A stretch of 64,000 bases of DNA, taken from positions 216,690,001 to 216,754,000 of the forward strand of contig OZ024743.1 of assembly GCA_964016885.1 (NCBI GenBank). The letters run 5' to 3'. The position numbers and the translations under genes are program-made. Positions within the stretch are counted from its first letter, which is position 1; every line of letters starts with the position of its first letter. The stretch is from Eledone cirrhosa (Eukaryota). The notes beneath the pieces are model-generated. The model had not been told where the DNA came from. It saw only the letters and a program-made list of their open reading frames with translations, and ran no database searches. Positions 54,309 to 64,000 of the stretch are shown in pieces.

Positions 54309-57300
54309 TTACATAGAGTGATAGGGAAAATCCACATATCTTTGCAAGTATACACGCTACTTATATACAATTAATCACATCTCCAAATATGTACAACATT
54401 CACAATGACAGTAAATGAACGCTCGTTTACCAAATATTTTGGCCTCATGGAAGAACTATAGGTAAGACTCATGAAGAAATTGTAGCAAATATTGTGTCAC
54501 ACTATCCCAGGATGATACTTCATAATCAAATTGTATTTGCCGATGGGTACACAAAGAGATGTGCTTTGACATTTTATATAACAGCTCGTAGATCCGAAGA
54601 GAAATAACTTATCCATGCTGCTATACGTATAAATTTCATTTTATTCACTATAACATATATGTTGATACTATAAATAGATTGCTGCTTAGAATCGATTTAT
54701 TCCAATAAAGAACGTAGTTCATATTGCCATATACAAATTAGATTAACAATTTTTTTTCAATTATACCGAAGTTCGATTATCTTATCAGTGTTTCATTATT
54801 GGCTTGTTTCATTTAACCGATTACCTTCAGGGTCCACAAGAGAGCCGTTGTAAAATACATGATAAAAAAAAGCATAGATCTATTGTTAGATATCACCTTT
54901 ATATGCATTCACAAAACTTTAATTCTGTTTCTTTTGGAAGTTGTCCCAATTTTTCGAAAAATAGGTGATAATTGGTGAAAAAAAAAATAAGCCTCGCGAC
55001 AATTATTAACTACTTTCACAGATAAGGGGAGATAATTTCAAAGTTAATGTTCAAGCTTAGAGGATGAATGTTTGCTTGCTGTCGAAAGACAGACATGTAT
55101 GTATAACTATCTAGTTGTCCTTATCAGCATGGCATATAACCTAACTCAAGCTGCTGATAATAGACTTGTATATATAGATAAATATATTTGAATTATGTTT
55201 GGCTAGACATTACAGGATTTTATGGCAATAACAAAAATTAAATATATTTAAAAATGAAATTTACTTTCTTTAATTAGTTTTTTTTATGTAAGATAATTGT
55301 TTCATGAAAAGAAAAATCATTTGAAGCTTTCTATTCTATTATACTGAAGGCAAACCAAATGTCATATTGTTTACTCACACGTATGTTCATAAATTATCAT
55401 TGCTTTCTCAACCTTTAGAAAATTTAATTTGAGTAATATCATGAAATTGTGTTGGTATACATTTAAAAAAAAAAAAAGAAATGAATGCCTAATGAAATTG
55501 CTTAGCCCCATATTTTATCCTTTGCTTACAGAAATTTAAATCTATTTCTATATTATCCAATATATCCTTCTCTTTTTAAGATGATATAATTAGATCAGAA
55601 GAAATTTAGTTGCTATTTCTAGCAGTTCGAGTTACTACGTGAAGCCTCAGTCGTATGCCAATCGAGCTTTTAATTTTCAATCAATGGGATTCTTTGGGAT
55701 ACGTGCATAGGCATCGGATCTGCTTTCAACCTTGCTCAAGGCGGATATCTTTGACTGTTCTTCACTACGATGCTTTTGCCATTTCATCTGTGAGTTGTAG
55801 CTGAGGTATGCTGTACAACTTCGTGTGTAGAGTCACCCTATCTTTATTATCATCTTCGTTTTAACTGTTTTATGTATTTTAAATGAATGTTTTATAATAT
55901 ATATGAAATTTGGAATTTAGCAATATGATAAAATCCAAGAATCTCCTTATCATAAATTTAATACGAAATAATAAGACGACGCTAAAACTTATTTTACCTA
56001 TCCAACATCCACTTGGCCAGCGTGAACAGATCAACCATTAGTGCAGATAAGTCATCAACTTCGTGCGTTGGCTTCATCGAGAAACGCGTCAAAAATAGCT
56101 CAATGAAATAAAAACAGATATCCAAGAGCTGCGTATGTATGGTAATAAAAAGCAATTATCTGGTTAAATTTAGCTTTAAAAATCAATAATACTTATACTA
56201 ATATATTTATAAATTAAATATTTTAGAAATAAATATGTTCATGCTTTCTTTTACTCTTTTAATGGTTTCCTATATTGAAATGTAGTCATGTTTATTTATC
56301 GACTCCAAAGATATTTTTCGTCGACTGCATCATCTGAGTACTTTTTTCTAGTAGGTATAAAAACACACGATTGAAGATATAGAGGCAAACTCGAATGTAG
56401 AGTTCCATAACTGCGACGAAACCAAATATCACAATTCTTTTTTTCTTCTTTGTTGCCACACTGAATAAAGTACTTCCTGTGCAGGCCCACACCCATAAGT
56501 GGTACAGGTTTCTGGATCAAACTGTATCGCAAAATGGGCTGACTCCAAGCATAGCCTCACTTTCACCAAATCTTTCTACGTGAAATCTGGTAGGAGGAAA
56601 CTACATACACATATGAAGAAGATTATGCTCGACGCATGTCAGTGCTAGAAGTCGCTTGCTCATGACGACAGAATTTTAGTTCGCGGCATTAACTTCCTCC
56701 ACAATTCGCCCTGCCAGCACCCATTATTTACATTATTAAATTTACAGGTGACTGTATATTTATGCAGAGATAATTACGTATGAGGTGCTTCAGAAATCAC
56801 TGTTAATCTCTATGTTTCTGCCTGTAGGTATCCCAAAAGCACCCCTTGGTTTAACATTTAAAAATGTAATATACTTTTTCGCTATCATTAATCATTGGTA
56901 AACATTGCTTTTTTATGCAATAGTATTCGTGTCGTGATGGCGTCGGTTATATTTACAGTGATGTTTGCGTGACACCTTTATTTACATACACTTCCCAGCC
57001 AAAATTATCGAAAAATATATTTAATTGTATATGTACAAAAAAATTCTGTATGTGAATGTTTGCTGAAATACGCTGTCATGAAATCACATGGTTTACAACC
57101 TGGTTATCGATATAGGAGAATACAGAATAATGTCGTGACTTCAATGGAAAATTGGCAAAGAAAAAATAATGTTGTATATTTTTATGAATGTTATTCTAAT
57201 ACGTCATATTCGTCTTATATAACAATATTCTTCACCTTTCAATTTCACTCCTTTCTTCTCGTTTATCATACTTGATTCTATTGAATCGAAAAAATGATTT

Positions 57301-57431
57301 ACTTCATTGCTCACACACACATACATATGTGCGTGTGTATTAAACGAAATATTACATATACGCACAAACATAAATACATACGCATAAACACATATTATAT
57401 ATATATATATATTCACACACACACATATATA

Positions 57432-57467
<36 letters not shown>

Positions 57468-58805
57468 AGGGGGAGAAGAGAAAAGAAAATTAGATTGCTG
57501 AACAAGAATACCTAACAATATTTACGTGTCCTCAACAGTAGAGTTCAATTCCTAATTGTTGAATATATCTTCCAGTAGATAAAAATACCAGTGTCGACTG
57601 AATAGTTCGTAGGCTGACTATAAACTAATGAACTCTAATGCATTAATTACAACTTATTTTATCAATAGCTGTATTGTTGCTTTCCATGGACTGTATCGAA
57701 AAATATTTGGTTACACATGAGAATATCTCTATCAACCTATAAACGTTTCACCCTATTAACATTTCACCTTTTATGTACCTGTTAAATTTTGGCGATTAAT
57801 TGACTCAATATTAAACATAAGTGGGGATGTGTAACGTAGATTGCACCAATGTAAAGAAAATATGTAGCTTTCCTTTTATTAGTGTTATAAATATTAGTAT
57901 TTGGAAAATCGGTGTCAAAATCACTCGGAAATCAGTATATTGGTTCAAGCTCCAAGATAATTTCTCACCACAATAGAATATGTTATTGAAACCTCCATGA
58001 TTAATAAACCAATTTATACTCCAGTCATATAAACTTTCATTTGTCTGCTACAATCCTCCAAAAATATACTAAGCAATACCGCATTCCACGGCTCCACAAA
58101 TAATTGATATCCTCATCTATCTATAGATCGAACTACCCTAAGGACAATTCAACTATTGGTCCAAAACGTGACTTTTGTTTTCATAATAAATGAAAATACA
58201 TCAAATCATAAAAGAAAAAACAATTTAGTTATAATGGTTTTTTGATTGTATATAACTAGATATTATAGTCATTTTATTTCCCCTTTATTGAAATATGTAT
58301 TTACTTAGCCTAAAATGTTCAGTTTATACCAAACCTAGAAAACCCTTTACTTTTTAATGAAATAGTTTTATTCAGCATCTTTGTGTCCATTTATTTGACA
58401 CGCTACAGTAAATTTCAGTTGTTATAGTGGCGAGAAGGAAATCAGTGGTATGTGTTCCTTCCGGCCAATATTTCTTTCCCATGTTGAATAAAGACTTATT
58501 GTATATTTCTGCATGTAAGCGTTCAGTTTTTTGTGAATATTTGTGAATGTTTGTGAATGCAGGTAAATATTGCAAGATATTCCACAGAGTATGACTTTAA
58601 TGCAGCCAATGTGCATTGATTACACTTCTACATGCAACATAGATAAGTAGATAAAAGCTATAGAGATAGACAAAGGAAAATAAGGTAATACGAGGGAAAG
58701 AAAATATGTTCAAATAAAGGCCGCAATGCGAGTGAAAAAGACGAATATAAATATGATTTGTTGCCTGCCTTCACATATCTAAGCTGATGATTCTGAATGT
58801 CTGTC

Positions 58806-58876
<71 letters not shown>

Positions 58877-58954
58877 ATATATCTGTGTATATATATATAT
58901 GTGTGTGTATATATATATATATGTATATATATGTATATATATATATATAAATAT

Positions 58955-59555
58955 AGTTAGAGAAGCAAAAAATTGCTTATTGTGATCCAGTTTTTGGTTA
59001 AGAAAGCCAGTTTCATGGATGGTTTCAACGTACGGTTAGGGGTAATTCCACAAGTTTGTAAGAATTCCGTTCAATCTTCGAGTATAAAGTATAAAAGAGA
59101 AAACACAGGTAAGCATTAAGAGAAGGATTTTATCCAGGTATTTACGACCGTTTCATTGCTAAGGGCAACCTTATATTGCTATACTGCAAATAGCAGCCAC
59201 TCAAATATAATTGTTGTTCACAGTCCAAATTTTCAAAATAGTAAGTTACTCTTGAAATAATTCTTAATATATAGAGAAAAACATTTATTTGGAATTGTAT
59301 TTACTAGTATATAGAGAGAGGAATCAGGAGGTGAGGGGACAGACGGCATAGTATAGAGAGAGAGGAAGGGGGAAGAGGTAGGAAGTAGAATGACAAACTG
59401 AGATGGGGGGAGGGGTAGAGGTGGAAGGATTCCTTGGTCAGTTTTGATAGCAGACATCATGTCGTGGAGTGTAGTGAGTTAAAGAGAATTAAATAGATAA
59501 TAGTGGGAGGGGTGGATAGAGAGGGAGAGAGAGAGGGGGAGATATAAAGAGATAA

Positions 59556-59646
<91 letters not shown>

Positions 59647-61094
59647 TACATACACACATACACATACATACACATACACATATATATATAAAAAATAAAA
59701 ATAAAGATAATAATGACAAAATTAAAAGCAAAGAAGGGGGTGAGAAAGAAGAAAAGAAAATATAGCCAAGAAGGGGGAAGGAAGGAAGAAAACGAAGAAA
59801 TAGAAGAGGAATGAGGGAGAAGAGGGGGATATATGTATATGTTTTGTGGGAAATTTAAAGGGTTTAGATATAAGAGGGTATAAAGTCTAAGTATATGCAG
59901 TTTGTCAGTTGGTAGTAAGAGGTTAAGGGTTCGATTTGTAGTGCGAAAACTTCTCTTTGTGTCTATGGTTACAATAAATTGATCTCTCAATTTTATTGTT
60001 GAGTAACCTATTCTTCGAACTTAAGATGTGGAACAGCTCAAGGTCGCATAATCGACAGCTTCTCATACCACTCCGATATGGGGGCGCGTTCGATAATTGT
60101 TTCCACTTCAGGGTGTATTGATGGTTACTTTCCCTCAGTTGCCAGGTCTTGTTTGCAAGGGTAGTTACATAGCGGTGCTGGGAATGTTTCATTGCGTAAC
60201 GGTGTGTATAACAACGAGCTTTAAATGTATTCCCAGTCGCTCCGATGTAATACCATTTCTGGTTGTCTGATTCCACTGTACATTGGTAAACCAGGTTAGA
60301 CTGCATACATTCATTTTGTAATGGACAGGTTTCAGGTAGGTGGCTGTTACATTTCTTGTTATGGGCAACTTTGGCATTATTTGTGGGCTGCGATGCCTGA
60401 ACAAGTGTGTTACGTTTTGTTTGCCTGTTAGCGGGTGGTTGTGTATTAGATATTCTGTTGTGTTCGGTGGTAATTGTATTGTTATTGTTGTAAATTTGTG
60501 TTTTTGGTGTTGGTATGTATCTTTTTAGCGTTAAGCATCTTAATGTGTGCCTCTATGTTTGGTGCCGTGGAGTAGGATAGTCTAATAGATTTAGTGTTAA
60601 GGATTTTGCTGTATCTATGTGAATGTGGAAAGTGCCTATTTATTATTCTAAAGAACGTAGAGGGTAGGTTAGTACTAATAGAGGTGTTAAATATGGGATT
60701 ACACCAAAAATATTTTCTACTACGTGACTTGTTTGATTTCGATGTTGTATTTCTATTTGCCGTATAATTTGTAGTTCTATGCGTAAATGTGTGTATGCGT
60801 GTGTTTCTGGAGTTTGTGTTATGCGTGTTCGTGTGCGCTTTACAGAGGCTTTAATCTATATATTCTACTCTATCTAAGTGGCCTGCCTTGTCTAATGCGG
60901 TATTGTAGTATTCCGCATGTTCTTCGAAGATTTGCCGGTTAGATGAGAGGCGGGAGATCCTGTGAACAACAATTATATTTGAGTGGCTGCTATTTGCAGT
61001 ATAGCAATATAAGGTTGTACTTACCAATGAAACGGTCGTAAATACCTGGATAAATTGCTTCTCTTAATGCTTACCTGTGTTTTCTCTTTTATAC
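58955..61094 (-). mobile_element. 5'-truncated PLE (family B) with 3' pLTR (58955-59273) and inverted 5' pLTR part (60962-61094), in TA-rich microsatellite
   Basis: GIY-YIG ORF, inverted terminal segments, U3-A8 HHR at 59139-59240 (minus). Confidence 0.9.
59923..60961 (-). pseudogene. PLE RT thumb, linker and GIY-YIG endonuclease, disrupted; paralog of family A
   Basis: RISRLSSNRQIFEEHAEYY; NLVYQC..WYYIGATGNTFKAR..H..CRLCDLE..LLNNKIE..CNHRHK. Confidence 0.9.
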
Positions 61095-62161
<1,067 letters not shown>

Positions 62162-64000
62162 CACTCGAGAGCACCACAATTAAGGGACCCAGAGGGGCCG
62201 CCGCTGACACCATGCCAGGTGTCATACCGACAGCCATTTCTAGCGCCCCAAAAGTCACACCAGTGCTGCTGCTGAATGTCAGAGTTCTGGTGAAACTCAC
62301 TAACATGAGTAAAATTTCCTAGCTGGGAGACTTAGCCATAAGCGATGAAGGGTTATACATGGCACTTACCGAAACGCGCCTGACAAGCAGTATAGCAGAT
62401 GCAGATATACATATACCGAAATATTCTGTATTTCGTTCGGACAGGAAGGAGAGAACTCATGGCGGGGTTGCTCTGTATATCCCTGAAGATATCACACCAA
62501 TTGTACTGTTGACATATTCAAACCCAGTCTGTGACACACTGATAATACATATGAAGCAACTAAAGACAGTAATATGTGTCACTTATTGCCCTCAGGGTAA
62601 ATTTGAGGATAGCCTCAGTAGGATAGAAGAGGTCCTTGACAAACTGGACCAGGGTCTCAACATTCTACTACAGGGAGACTTCCACCTGCCAAATGTCAAA
62701 TGGCCTGAGGGTCACCTACTCCCTGGAATGACGTCAATAGAACAGAGAGAGACGGAATCCCTGCTGGCCCTCACACACAGGCTGTTCATGGAACAACCAG
62801 TACTCCTCCCAACAAGAGGCGAAAATGTCCTGGACCTCTGTTTTACAAACAAGGAAGTGCTCATCCACAATGTAAAGGTGACACCAACAATTTTATCGGA
62901 TCATAACTTAGTAGAACTAATGGTATGTGGTCCTAGAGAACCAACAGAGACACAACCATCAAGAAGCACCGTGACGTTATCCAGACTTAACTTCTACAAG
63001 GCTAATTCGAAAAATATCAGGAGAGAAATCCGGAAGCGAATATGGAGCGAAAACACCACCACACAAGACACCAACACACAATTTCAATACTTCATGACAA
63101 CGATACACACTATATGCAAGAAGTTTGTCCCGGAGAAAAAGGCAAACAGACACAACAATCTTATTCCCAGATTTAGGAAAATCCTCATGAGAAGTAGAAC
63201 CAAGCTCTCAAACCAGTTGAATGCACAACAAGAAAACAAAAACAAGAAGGAACCCTATTTGAAACGGGCACTACTTGACACCGAGATTGCACTCAAACAT
63301 CCCTATGAAAATGAGAGGGCAAAGAAAGAAAGCAGGGCCATAGAAAATATTAAAACAAACCCTAAGGCTTTCTTTAAATTTGCAAATGAAACTGCCTCGG
63401 TACACTACAACATTGGGCCACTCTTCCATACAGACGGTTCATTAACCGAGAATCACCAAACGATATGTGAAATACTAAACGAACAGTACAAACATGTGTT
63501 CACATGTCCACTGAGGCACATGCAAATAACAAAGCCAGAGGAGTTCTTTGATGCCACAACACTACATGAAGAAATGGCGACGATCAACCACATAGACATA
63601 ACGGGGGAGGATGTGGTATACGCCATAGATGAAATTAGAACAGACTCAGCTGTTGGACCTGATGGATTCCCAGCAGTCCTCTTAAAAACATGTAAGTGGG
63701 CCTCCACAGTTCAGAAGCTCCTTGGCTAGTGGTATACTACCCAGGGAGTTGAAAGGAGGCACAATATTCCCTATCCATAAAGGAGGTAGCAGAGCGGAGG
63801 CCAAAAATTATAAGCCAGTCTCCCTGACTTCGCATATCAGTAAGGTCATGGAGCGAGTCGTCAGAAAGAAGCTGATCACTTTCCTCAAGGAAAATGACCG
63901 CCTGACTAGCACGCAGCATGGCTTCCGCCCTGGAAGAAGCTGCGCTGCACAGCTGCTACATCACTACGACTGCGTACTGAAACAACTGCTAGACAGCTCA
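62162..64000 (+). mobile_element. APE-type LINE (CR1/L2/Jockey group), running off the window end
   Basis: Starts at the edge of the microsatellite; endonuclease and RT motifs. Confidence 0.9.
62359..64000 (+). pseudogene. LINE ORF2: AP endonuclease and RT N-terminus, frame disrupted near 63700-63770
   Basis: LTETRL, RSDR..GGVALY, GDFHLP, PTRG.NVLDL, SDH, GPDG; then PIHKGG..NYKPVSLTS..KVMERVV..QHGFRPGRSC. Confidence 0.92.

Noticed and set aside
56292-56590. Coding-looking minus-strand region with an acceptor-like site
   Set aside because: All frames after the acceptor hit stops; no recognisable domain

Overview
AT-rich eukaryotic non-coding DNA, probably intronic or intergenic, packed with (TA)n/(CA)n microsatellites. 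The SINE and LINE families suggest a cephalopod, probably Octopus (inference only). No host gene is confidently seen, and almost all ORF-track entries are microsatellite artefacts ([12 protein letters not shown]). The real coding remnants are retroelements: four recognisable Penelope-like elements (PLEs) with GIY-YIG endonuclease, two pieces of an APE-type LINE, RTE, R4/Dong-like and Tx1/L1-like fragments, mariner MITEs and about 15 tRNA-derived SINEs. The main result is a dense set of type I hammerhead ribozyme (HHR) motifs: about 20 intact, variant or decayed copies in at least 10 different non-coding families. They sit in PLE pseudo-LTRs, in ORF-less foldback elements and in 425-540 bp tandem retrozyme-like repeats, mostly inserted in (TA)n arrays. 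Many are non-canonical, with a U3-A8 core (UUGAAAA), a 1x1 mismatch at the base of stem II, and stem II extended to 40-100 nt. All folds were made by eye; ribozyme activity is untested.
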